Shown: positions 46,200 to 58,287 of the stretch, in pieces
How the letters are laid out: each line of letters starts with the position of its first letter
Numbering within the stretch: the first letter of the stretch is position 1
NCBI GenBank assembly: GCA_043228905.1
Contig: JBHGNT010000016.1
Span: 6,262,001-6,326,000, forward strand
Reading direction: 5' to 3'
DNA length: 64,000 bases
Source of the DNA: Azolla caroliniana
Lineage: Eukaryota > Plantae > Polypodiophyta
The notes under the pieces: model-generated
The model's input: only the letters and a program-made list of their open reading frames with translations
Databases searched by the model: none
What the model was told of the DNA's origin: nothing
Translations under genes and position numbers: made by a program

Positions 46200-47811
46200 A
46201 GTTCAAGGCCCCTGTGGTCCCGCCTCTTTCTGCACGCACGCGCGTAACAACGCGACAACGGAAACAACATCATCTCCAATGCTATCAAGCACCCATGTTA
46301 CACTTTTACCCAATATGGGAAGTAAGTCAATCAAGAATACATATTGTTCGCCCGACAGTCGATTATTGTGCGTAACCGACCAATACGTCGAACGTTCCGA
46401 TCCGAACGTTCTATCAAGATGATTGTGGTAGAAGGATGGATAGTTGTACTAATCACTAATTAAGACTTGATATCTGCTTAACTATGATAGACTACTATAT
46501 CTTAATATAATAACTTAGTAGGCATAGCAATTTGGAATCGACATTGAGAACAGTACTACACAGAGAGACCGTTGACACAAAATAGTATCAGTTCGATTTT
46601 CATTGACGATTTTTCTCAAGATCATTTGTAGTGTTTTGTTTGTCGATTATGCCAACCCATTGGCCTGTGGGTAGTATGGAGTACTTCGTTTGTGTACTAC
46701 TACATAATAAGTAGATAATTCATGTACAATTTTATTTGTAAAATGTGTACCCTAATCACTTACTAATTCGATTGGACAACCAAATCAACACCATATGTAC
46801 TCATAAAGGAATTTGGCTTTCGACGTTTCCGTGTTATCCCAAAGAGATTTTGCTTCTACCCATTTAGTACAGTAGTCGGAAGCCACTATAATATAACGAC
46901 TTCCAGTTTGCGCAAATGCGGGTTTGAATGGTCCAACAAAGTCGAGACCCCATTTCTGAAATGGTTCAAAAGGCAACACCGGCTGATGAGGCATTCTATC
47001 CTTTTCAGTTGGTTGAACGGTCCGCTGACACAGATCACATTGTCGACAATATTTGGTCGCATCCTTTGATGTAGTTGGCCACCACAGCCCGCTACTCCAT
47101 ATTTTCCTTGTTGTCGTTTCTCCGGCATAATAACCGCCAACAATACCGCAATGGGCTTCTCGCAAAACTACTTCCTTCTCATATTGCCGAACCGTGTGCC
47201 ATCATATGTCATCGGCTCCCTTATGGTATAACGTCTCGTTGAGGAATAAAAAAATTTGACTTCTTACCACGAGCCTTTTTCTTTCATCCAGTGGCATGCC
47301 TTCTCATGGCAATCTCATACTTAAGAAGATCATCATTTCTGAGATCCATAAATCTGCCTGATCATCTTCCATCTCGGTTGTGGCCATTGTGTCTACTCTA
47401 AAAAGTTGAGCGTCTGGAAAATCATCTTGTACTCCTATACCCAACTCCCCTGATTCTAGGTGACTTAGATAATCAGCGACCACATGCTGCACCCCTGGTC
47501 GAAGCATTATGTCAAATTCAAACTATTGCAGTAATAATGTCCATCTGGCTAATTTTCCTATCAATTCCTACTTAGACACTAAATACAATAATGTCGAATG
47601 GTGAACATGAAATGTGAATCTCCGACCCAATAGGTACTGTCAGAATTTGTTGATGTTGTAAATCATCCCGAGAGCCTCGCGTTCAGTTGTTGAGTAATTT
47701 CTTTCAGCCGTTGATAGTTTTCGACCCACGTAGTAAACTGGATTGTACCATTTAGGGTTCGACAATTGCATTAGTGAACTTCTGATTGTCACCTCAGGCG
47801 CATCGACGAAG

Positions 47812-50800
47812 ACAAAACCCCGTGAAGACACAAAGACACCGATATTTTACGTGGGAAAACCCGAAATGGGAAAAAACCACGGGGGTCCACAAACCCCGAG
47901 AAAACATATCCCTATAGTAGAGAGGAAGTACAAATACGGAACTTGGAGGCAACGACCTCGAGTTCTCCTTCGTCTAATAGAAGACCACAGAGTTACACTC
48001 TCACTCTCTCACTCACGGTTATAGAGGCAACTACCTCATTCTGACTTTTCAATAATGATCAACTACACTTTACTAAAGATTGCCCTAGTTGCTTATCAAC
48101 AAAAGCAACTTTCTGGCTATTTACAAGTATGGCCCACAAGGGACAGTTTAGACTATTTACAATTATAGTCTTTCGAAACAATTTCGATTTTTTATTTTGA
48201 TTTTGATTTCGACATACTCACCAACAAGATACTTCTCTTCCCATCCAGAGGGACATGTTTCCCAACAAACTCCCCCTTCACTCCGGTATGGGGTACTTCA
48301 CCAAACCGACTCTCTATCGGCACGCATTTAGCTTTTCGGCTGACAACACCTTCGTCAACATATCCGATCCATTTTCGATCGTGTGGATCTTTACTAGAGC
48401 AAACTCCATTTCTTCTACTCGCTCTTGGAGCCAATGATATTTTCTCTGTATGTGTTTGGTCCTCGAATGGTACGTGGCATTTTTCGCAAGGTGGATGGCA
48501 CTCTGGTTATCGCGATGGAGTTGGACTTTCTCCTGCCGAATTCCCATCTCACCGATAAACTCCTTCATCCATATGATTTCCTTGTCGGCTTTCGTTGCAG
48601 CCACGAAACGGCTCCCCCTACATAAGTCATTACGTACCCGGACGTGGATCGAATGGTATCCACATCAGCTGACATGTCTGAGTCAATATAACCTTCCAAT
48701 GTGGGGTTACCTGAACCGAAACGAAGACACACGTTCGAGGTACCTTTTAGGTACCGAAGTATCCACTTCACGACAGCCCAATGCTCTCTTCCAAGGTTGC
48801 TCATGTATCGGCTAACCACGCCAACTGCGTATCCTATGTTCGGCCTAGTACATACCATCGCATACATCAGGCTTCCAACCGCCGAGGCATAAGGAACTTT
48901 TGACATCTCGGCCTTCTTGGTTTTCGATTACGGACATTGTTCTTTGCTTAGCTTGCAATTCATCGGCAATGTTGAGCCAATCGGTTTCTCGTTTTCCATG
49001 TGGAATCTTTGGATCACCTTTGTCACATATTATTCTTGTGATAGCCACAACAATTTCTTTGTTCGATCCTAAACAATGTGCATCCCCAGGATTTGCTTTG
49101 TCAGACCTACATTCTTCATTGAGAAAGATATGCTCAAGGCTTTCTTCAGCACTCGGATCTTCGTATGGTCCCGTCCGACAATTAGCATGTCGTCCAGGTA
49201 CAACAAAGGATGAGGAAATCTCCTCCATCGAATTTCTTCACAAATACGTAGTGATCGACCTGCATTTTGTGGTACCCGTTGTCGATCGTGAAGGATTCAA
49301 ATTTTCAGTACCATTGCCAAGGAGCTTGCTTCAACCCATACAAGCTCTTCCTTAATCGGCATACCAGATTTTCTTTACCTTATTCCACGAATCCTTCTAG
49401 TTGGTGCATTTATATCTCTTCCTCCAAATCTCCATGGAGGAAGGCAGTCTTGACGTCCAATTGTTCGACTTCGAGGTCCATGTTGGCCGCGATGCTCAGC
49501 ACAGTTCGGATTGACGTCATCTTTACGACCGGAGCAAATATTTCGTCAAAATCGACACCCTTCTTCTGCTGAAAGCCTTTCACGACAATTCGTGCTTTGT
49601 ACCTGGGTGGATTCCTGTCATCTCCCGGTTTAAACTTGTATACCCATTTATTCCGAAGTGCATTCTTTCCTCTCGACAATTCAATCAGTTCATATGTGTG
49701 GTTCTCATGCAAGGAATCCATCTCCTCAACCCTAAACCCTAAACCACTTTCTATTGTGGGTATCTTCCTTAGCTTCTTCAAAGCTTTCTGGCTCCCCCTC
49801 ATTGGTTTGCAATACATGTTCTTCAGCCGATTCGAATTCGGTTCCTTGTTCGGCCGTTTTCCCTCACTCTTCAGTCATTTCTTGATTTTGCCGAGTATTA
49901 CCTCGGCCGACTGGCTCAAATTCGATTTCGATCAATTCAGCTTCTACTCGATTTGGCCGAGCGTTGATTCGGTAGTTGGAGACTTATTCTCAATCTCCCA
50001 GTTGACTATTGTCTTTTCCTCCATGAAGACAATGTAGTGCTCCTAATCACTTTCTTCTCGGCTAAGTCCCATAGCCGATAGCCAAATTCATCATTGTCGT
50101 AGCCAACAAATATGCATGGCTGAGATTTCAGGTCCAACTTCCCCCTCTGGTCCTTTGTCACATGCACATAAGCAAGACAGTTGAACACCCTCAAATGTCG
50201 GTAAGATACGTCTTTGCCACTCCACACCCTTTGTGGAATATCACCATCCAAGGGTACTAAGGGTGATCGGTTTATCACATACGTTGTCGTCATCAATGCC
50301 TCAGCTCAGAACTTCTTTGGTAACTTAGCATGTGCAAGCATACTTCGGACCCTTTCCATTATGGTTCGGTTCATTCTCTCACCCAACCCATTAAGCTCTA
50401 GCGTCTTCGGCACGGTATACTCGAGCTAGATTCCTTGATTTCGGCAATATTCCTCAAACGGTCCAAGATACTCTCTGCCATTGTCTGCTCGAACTGCCTT
50501 CAGTTTTCAGTCGGTTTCTCTCTCAACTCTCTCTTGGAACTCTTTAAAGACGGATAACACTGGATCCTTCGTCTTTAGCACAGAAGCCCACAACTTCCTG
50601 CTACAGTCATCAATGAAGGTCACGAAATACTGTGAACTACCATGCAACTTCATGTCCCCATAGCATACGTCTGTATGCATGAGCTCCAACGACATTTTCT
50701 TCCTCATCGGGGGCCTCATTCGGAAAGATGTTCGATTCAATCAGGGCACTTCTCAAATTGCATATTCTTCACCTCCGGAATGAGGTTGTCCTCGGCAAGC

Positions 50801-52718
50801 TTTCACATCCCCTTCTGGCTCATATAGCACAACCTCCTACGCCACAGTTCACCGACTGTGTCAGCTGCCACGTTCCGTTCCCCTTGGCATATTCGAGCAT
50901 TCATTATCTATAGTGTGTTGGTTTCCCGGGCTCAAGCCACGATCAAACTTCCCTTGCAGAACTTCATGACACCGTTCCAGATGCTACCCGTGTAGCCTTC
51001 ATCATCTAGCCGACCAGCTGATATTAGGTTCAATCGAACCTCTGGAACGTGTCGTACATTTCTCAACACGAGTTTGCACTCGGTTGATGTTTCCAAACAC
51101 ACATCTCCAATGCCGATGATTCGGCATGCTCCTTCATTTCCCATCTTTACGGATCCAAGATCTCCGACTCTATAGGATGAGAAGCACTTTCAGTCAGGGG
51201 TTAGGTAGAATGACGCACCCAAATCGACCACCCATGTCGATTCTTCGCCGTCGAGATTCACTTCGTTTTGCTCACTAATGAGCAAAAATTCCTCTTCACT
51301 CGCAGCAATTGTTGAGGTGCTCTTTCTATCCGGGATTTTCTTAGGCTCTAGACCATCAGCTCCCCCTTTTTCCTTACGAAAATGTCAGCAGTTTTTCTAG
51401 AAGTGCCCCGGCTTCCCACAATAGAAGCACGTGGGCCTCCCCCTCAACTTCGATCTGGTCCCTGACTTATCTCGGTTATGGGGACTTTGATTTCGGCCTC
51501 TTCCCCGAATCGTGTCACCTTCCATGACTAAGGCCTTCTGGTCGGTATTGGACACACGGTTCTTCCAGCGAACCTCTTCATTCAGCAAGCTTGACTTCAC
51601 CTACTCTAGGGATATATGATTCCCTTCCGGCCCGACGTTGCCCAAAATGACAATGAGCGTCTCCCAGCTGTCCGAAAGGGATCCCAACAACAATAATGCT
51701 AATACCTCGTCGGCCAGAGGTACTTCTAGAGAGCTGGTTTGGTTCATCAATCCTTGGAAGGCATTGATGTGCTCTGCCATATTGGAGCCATCCTTATACC
51801 GGAGCCTCACGATTTTTCAAAATTCTAAGACTCGGTTCACGACATTCTTGTTTTCAAACATAACGTTGATCTTCTTCCATAGGCCGTCTGCTTCTGTTTC
51901 TTCACCGAAGTTGTTGTATAGACTCATGTCTATAAAACACCTTGTATATGCGGTTGCCTTCAGATGCAACACTTCCCAAGTCGCTGCATCGATCTTGTTT
52001 GGTCTTTTATCTTCGAACTACACCAGCAACCAGAGGTCTTTGCACATGAGCATGTCTCTCATCGTCGACTTCCATATTGAGTAGTTGGAGGCGGTTAGCT
52101 TAAACATGTCACCAAACGAGTCTTCCATCGCTCTGATACCACTTTGTTAGGACTCGACCGGCCACAACCGGTTACACGTTCGTGTTCGTGTGCAAACGCA
52201 AGAACTAGTACACAGACAAACCCCCGTGAAGACACAGAGACACTGATATTTTACGTGGAAAACCCCGAAATGGGAAAAAACCACGGGGGTCCACAAACCC
52301 AGAGAAAACATATCACTATAGTAGAGAGGAAGTACAAATACGGAACTCGGAGGCAACGACCTCAAGTTCTCCTTCACCTGACAGACGGCTATAGAGTTAC
52401 ACTCTCACACTCCCACTCACGGTTATAGAGGCAACTACCTTGTTCTGACTTTTCAATAATGATCAACTACACTTTACTAAAGTTTGCCCTAGTTGCTTAT
52501 AAACAAAAGCAACTTTCTGGCTATTTACAAGTACAACCCACAAGGGGCATTTTAGACTATTTACAATTATAGTCTTCTGAAACAATTTCGGTTTTTTATT
52601 TTGATTTTGATTTTGGTTTTGGTTTTCGATTTTGGTTTCGGTTTCGGTTTCGGCCTCAACTGAGATAATCACCAACATGGTACTTCTCTTCCCATCCAGA
52701 GGGACATGTTTCCCAACA
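47812..52718 (-). mobile_element. Copia family C copy (Tnt1/Tto1-like), near full length, decayed
   Basis: 5' LTR 52145-52718; PBS TGGTATCAGAGC; gag-PR-IN-RT-RH order; PPT 48268-48277; 3' LTR truncated at about 47812. Confidence 0.9.
49728..49745 (+). repeat. Short interstitial plant telomeric repeat (CCCTAAA x2.5)
   Basis: AACCCTAAACCCTAAACC replacing coding sequence present in the paralog at about 58968-58990. Confidence 0.7.
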
Positions 52719-55700
52719 GAATGCACATTTCGCCGGATTGAGGCTAAGTCGACCTTGTCGAAACCGTTCCAGACACAGTCGTAAATGTTCGAAATGATCC
52801 CCTTTTTTACTATATACAACATAATCATCCAAAAATACTTGCATAAATGCAAGAATATAATCATTGAAAATTTCCTGAATCACTCACTGGAATGTTGTTG
52901 GAGCGGTTTTCAATCCAAATATCATAACGACAGCAACAAACACTTCCCATTCAGTTACAAAGGTTGTTTTTTCCTGATCATCAGGATGCATTCAAACTTC
53001 ATTATAGCCACTAAAACCGTCAAGAAAGCTGTAAATTTCGTGGCCTGCTATTGCATCCAACACACCATCTGTAAATGGTAACGGAAATGCATATGTTATT
53101 GTAGCAGCATTAAGCTTCATGTAGTCGACACACACCCTAATTTTTCCATTCTTCTTGGGCACAACGACAATCAGGCTTAACCAAGTTGCCTTTTTAACTA
53201 GTCAAATAAATGCGAATCAGAGTAGTTTGTCGATTTCTTCCTTGACTTTGACAACATAGTTTGGATTCAATCGATATCGACGTTGTTGCACTAGTTTTGC
53301 ATCATTGTGCAAATTTATCTTATGCTGACAGAATGTTGGATCTAATCCCTTCATATCTTCAAACAACCAACGGAACACATCTTTATATTGACACAATAGA
53401 CCAGTCATCTTTGCTTTATCTTCCACCACCATATCTTTGGCTATTAGAATGGTCTTTGGTTCCGCGTCGGCGTCGACTAAATTTAATTCTTCGAATGTCG
53501 ATGCCTGAACTCTTTGGGACACCTGCATCTCCCTTTCCGTAGCTTCCTATTGCAGTCATAAATCCTTCAATGTTTTGTCATCCACATACACTTTTTCTTC
53601 TTTAACTTCTTCCCCCATATAAGGAGTAAGTGTTTGTAGGATGTCTACTTCGAATAGTGGAATGATCTTTGGGTTATCTTCAAAGTATTGGTCTTCTTCA
53701 ACCTCATCCAAACCTTCCATCATATTTACTGCTTCTGCATGAATTGGAAAATAGTGTTGAGTAGTGTGGACCTTTTCTTGTGTTGATACCCAAATTTTAT
53801 TCTTTCCCTTTCGGAATGTTAAAGTGTTCTTGTTCCAATTTTGTTTAATATTTGTTGGTTTAAGCGGAGGTCTACCCAATAATAATGGATATGCACCTGG
53901 TGCCTCCAAGTCAAGTATGACTGCCAAGATTTGAAAAGTGTGACCGGCTATAATGACATCTAATTGATGAATAATTCTCAGCGGTCAAACTGTACTTGTG
54001 TCAGCCATTCTTAACCGGAAAGGACATGCATCCCATTTGGTAATTCCGAGGCGATCATGTGTGATCTTATTAATCACATTTACTCCTAATCCTCCATCAA
54101 CAATAGTTTCGGTGACTTCTTGGCCCCGAATTATGACTTTGATTGATGGACTTTGTTCATCCATTATGGTCGTCCGGAAATCGGATTGCTATAATTTACC
54201 GACACCTTTTCGGTTCCATTCTTCGCAATGATCGTCACAACCTTTTCACTGAACCTGAGCACTAATTTTAACAATCCGGCCAACGGTAGTGACACTTAGG
54301 AATCTGCAAAGATTTTCCATGTCTATTCATCGTCAAGTTGTGTATTTAGTGCAGTTTGATCGACTGTCTGAACATCGACTGACACCACACTCTCCTGCAA
54401 CATTCGGGTAACATTATTATTATTAGCTTCCTCAACCCATTCCTTAGCCACCTTTCACACTGCTTCCTGGACTTCCAACTCCAATTGTTTTCCTTTGCTA
54501 CGAGTGGTTACCTGTTGAATCTCGGGCATGGCCATATTTATTGTCGGTTCCTTGCCTTTTCTTTTGTGGGGCATTGATTTGCATAGTGTCCATCGCTTTT
54601 GCGTATTAGCAATTTGGAACTGAAGAGCCACTAGTTTCTCCGGGTTCATATTGAGGTCGACGAGCATCTTGAGTTTTAGGATTATCCATGTCCCTGGAAT
54701 CATGTTGAAATTGCCAAGACCCTTTCGGCTTTTGATTGTCAATAAAATGACAATTCGGTGGTGGATTATCGTCATTTCTTTTATAGTAAGTGAACCTGTG
54801 GTCATCCTGATTCCGACTTCCCTTGTAGGGTTGTAGGTTATTGTTATCTCATCGGGGAGAATAGTTCCGATCATAATCATTTTGACTATCCCATTGGTAG
54901 TCATCTTGACGATCCTCATCATATCGGTCAACACATCGATAGTCACCATGCCGATAATGTCCCTCCGATTATCCTCTCGTCGGGTATCATTCCACCGATT
55001 ATCATCTTGCCGCTCTAATTGATACTAGTTATCATATTTTGGTCGATCATCATCATTCGACCAATTCCAATTATTTTCTGGATAAATTTGCCGAACTGGT
55101 GCGGCTATTTTATTGAGCAAATTATACTCACATTGCTTGACTGAATGAGCTTTGGAATGGGAAACCGTACAATGGATGCGGAAACTACACTGTATTGTCG
55201 AATGTCTTGTGTTGAGACAAGTCGTACATTGAACGGCTTGCTGAATTGGAGCTCGTCTAATGTAGGTAAGTTGTGATGTAATGCAGACATGCTCATATTG
55301 TTATGATTCTACGTCCGATCCACTGCCAGAGCTTTATCTACCACTTGCTCCAGTGATTGATTCTAGAAATCGAACACTGCTAAAGTTGTTCGAAGAGGCT
55401 CACATATAGCCTCAAGAAAAAAATCTTTCAATTCCTCTTCTGGAATTGGTCGCGAAATCTGAAGTTGCAAATTTTGAAATTGGATCACAAATTGTGATAC
55501 CATTTCATGTGACTCTTGATAGGCCGTATAGGACTGACCTATTAGATCCTTCTAGGGAATCTTGCGATGAAACAATTGTGTGAATTTCGCCGCTAATTGT
55601 TTGAACGAGTCGAATGCTTTCAACCCATTCTGAGCATACCAATTCGCCGATGAACCGTCCAATGAGAGGACGAACTCTGTGATTTTTTATTTTACCTCAG

Positions 55701-57499
55701 ATGTTGTCGATAGTTGTTGTGCTACGTGGTTCACTTCCCATGTGGTCAGAAAATCACTTATATGCACTTTCGCATCAACGCCCTCTCTATATTTCGAGTA
55801 AGGGTACGACATAATGTCGTCTACCCAAATGTCGAAAAAAGAACCTTGCTCAGATTGCTCCTCTTCTGAATGATTATTTGTCAAATCTGGGATTCTATTC
55901 CACTCCTGATCAGCTTGTTCGAAATTGTCCGCACTACCTTATGCTACACATTGAGTCTCTGCTCGTGTGTGAGGATGTTTCCGACCGATAGGTGGTTGCG
56001 GACTAGACGACATCCATTCCACCTTGTTCTCTACCTATTGCAAATGTAGCCGAACGTGCCAAAATTATTGTGTTGTTCGGCCGACAGTCGATTACTGTAT
56101 GTAGCCAACACAATACGTCGAACGTTCTATCAAGATGATTGTGGTAGAAGGATGGATACATGTACTAATCACTAATTAAGACTTGATATCTTCTTAACTA
56201 TGATAGACTATTAGATCTTAATATAATAACTTAGTAGGCATAGCAATTCGGAATCAACATTGAGAATAGTACTACACAGAGAGACCGTCGACACCGAGAT
56301 ATCCTAACCACTAACTTATATTAATACCAAAGTAGAACAATAGAAATACAATGCTCTCTGTCCCTTTTTATTGGTAAACCGAGAGTCTTTTATCAAGAAT
56401 ACACTTGCCTTTGTTTGGCAATAACTGTCACAAAATTGTCTAACTAATTCTAATATATCTAGTTTTATCTACTTGGCAAAATGTTAACTCATCGATCCGC
56501 GTTGCCAATCCAACTCTGACTCCCTCGTATTTCCAAACATTGTTGACTCCGACGCTTTCAGACTTGTTCGACTCCGACCCTCCGACCCTGTAGCCGACCG
56601 AGTAACAAATTTCCATTACATATTATATCATTTATCACATCCAAATCCCAAGCTCGATTTGTTCCTTGGAAATTTCTTCATCATTTGCTTTTGCTTGCTT
56701 GATTGAATCCATCAATTATCTATTTGAGGAATGAAGGTGCCTTTCTTTCTAGCCCTGACATTTCTTCTTCATGTAACATTCAAATAATTGTCTTCGAAAT
56801 TTAGAACAAATGCAATTATGCATTTGGAATTATTTAAATACATGTTGTCACATTCTCTTGTTCATCTTGTGAAAGTCAAAACAATGTCCCTTTGCCACAA
56901 AGTAGTTATTTTGACATTATATTTTGCCTCATCAAGAGCTAGGCGTCCAAGTAAGGGATTTGTATTCATGTACATTTGGCAAATATTCGAAGAGGTGGTA
57001 CATGCATTCTCCAAGTTTTAAGTGCATGAATGTTTTTTTCTCTTGAAGTGGCATTGTCATTGAGTAGAATCCTTTTTCTTACTTTCAAAAGCAATAGATT
57101 TTTTGTTTTACGACTATAATTCACACTCCTTTGTGAATCTAGTGTTTTAATAGCTAATTAATTGGCACTTGATGAGCTCATCCAACAATAATCAACAACT
57201 TTAATCTACATTCAAAGTTTGGGAAAAAAACTACGAATAACATAAGTGGCATAAATTGGCAAAAATAACTAATATTGTTTCCCCCTTTACCTATACATGA
57301 CATACTAGATTTTCATTTTCAAGTGGCATACCTAAACGGTCGTATAGTCATTAATTAAGTTTTTCCAATTTCAAATTATGTCTTTCATAGAAATATCATA
57401 ATTTGAAATTTATGCAAGTTATATGAGATTCAATGCAAAATATCAAATTTGATACATTCCATTTCTAATCAATCTACGTCCACTTCTTCATTTTCATAC

Positions 57500-58287
57500 A
57501 AATCACCATGATCTTCATGTCCATAATTAGTAAGGCAATTAGTGAATTGTCAATCGTTGGCCGCATTAGTCTTTTTCTTATCAAAATTTGTCATGATGCG
57601 GGGAAGCGTTTTGTAATACCATCATATCATGTTGTTTTGGCATGCTCTCTATCATCAAATTTGCCGCTCCCAATGAAGTTCTACTATCCTTGACGACATT
57701 CTATGTCTTTCCCACCAATTTATCAATTGTAAAGTACACAAAAAAACCCTTTCCTTTGACATGCCCAATGTTATAGCTTCTTCATCCGTGATATCCAACC
57801 TAATGCGAGTAAAGCATTTGGCTCTTTGTAGTTCAGCTCCTAATGGCGCCATGGTTTTTTTCAACCAATAATGTTGATTGGAGTTGGATGGTGACTGTGA
57901 GTTGAACTATTGTGATCATAGGACACAAAGAAATATTGGCACCATCAAATCCTCATCGATCAATCTTCGGATTGATGGATGCATGGAACTAATTGCATAA
58001 GCTCTTAATCCTCAACGTATACCCGTTTACATGAATATCCCTTTGTTTCATGTCATCATGGTCTTGTTATCGTTAGCACTTGCAAGTGGCAAACATGTTC
58101 TTCAAGTTGTTATATATGTCCTTTCGCCTCTTTGCATGTTGCACATAGCCGAAGATGGGGCGATGCATGCATGTCACTAGAATACATCATGGGGATCAGC
58201 CCTTAGTTCTAACTCAGGGTAGCCAACATGTGCTTCATTTAGTATTGTTTCCAAATAACCTTCAATGTAGCCCCAATGGAATTGTTT
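57500..58287 (-). pseudogene. Unidentified decayed reading frame, possibly TE-derived
   Basis: One protein-like frame over about 200 codons broken only by point stops; no recognisable motif. Confidence 0.3.

Larger units (their letters stand above)
20606..46257 (+). mobile_element. E1: decayed autonomous Trp-primed Ty3/gypsy element, outermost layer, TSD ACGG
   Basis: LTRs 20606-21314 and 45540-46257; PBS 21319-21336; PPT 45526-45539; ACGG at 20602-20605 and 46258-46261. Confidence 0.95.
46342..56607 (-). mobile_element. Old AT-rich Ty3/gypsy element, deleted and interrupted by a Copia
   Basis: 5' LTR 56071-56607; partial 3' LTR 46342-46578; gag remnant; VDGGLGVN protease; VFLDD RT; ERNYSTTEREAL RNaseH; WGLDFVGP integrase; no TSD found. 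Confidence 0.85.

Noticed and set aside
47787-47812. TGTCAC as the left end of the Copia LTR
   Set aside because: It translates as host gypsy RNaseH (VFVDA); the true LTR end was removed by a deletion
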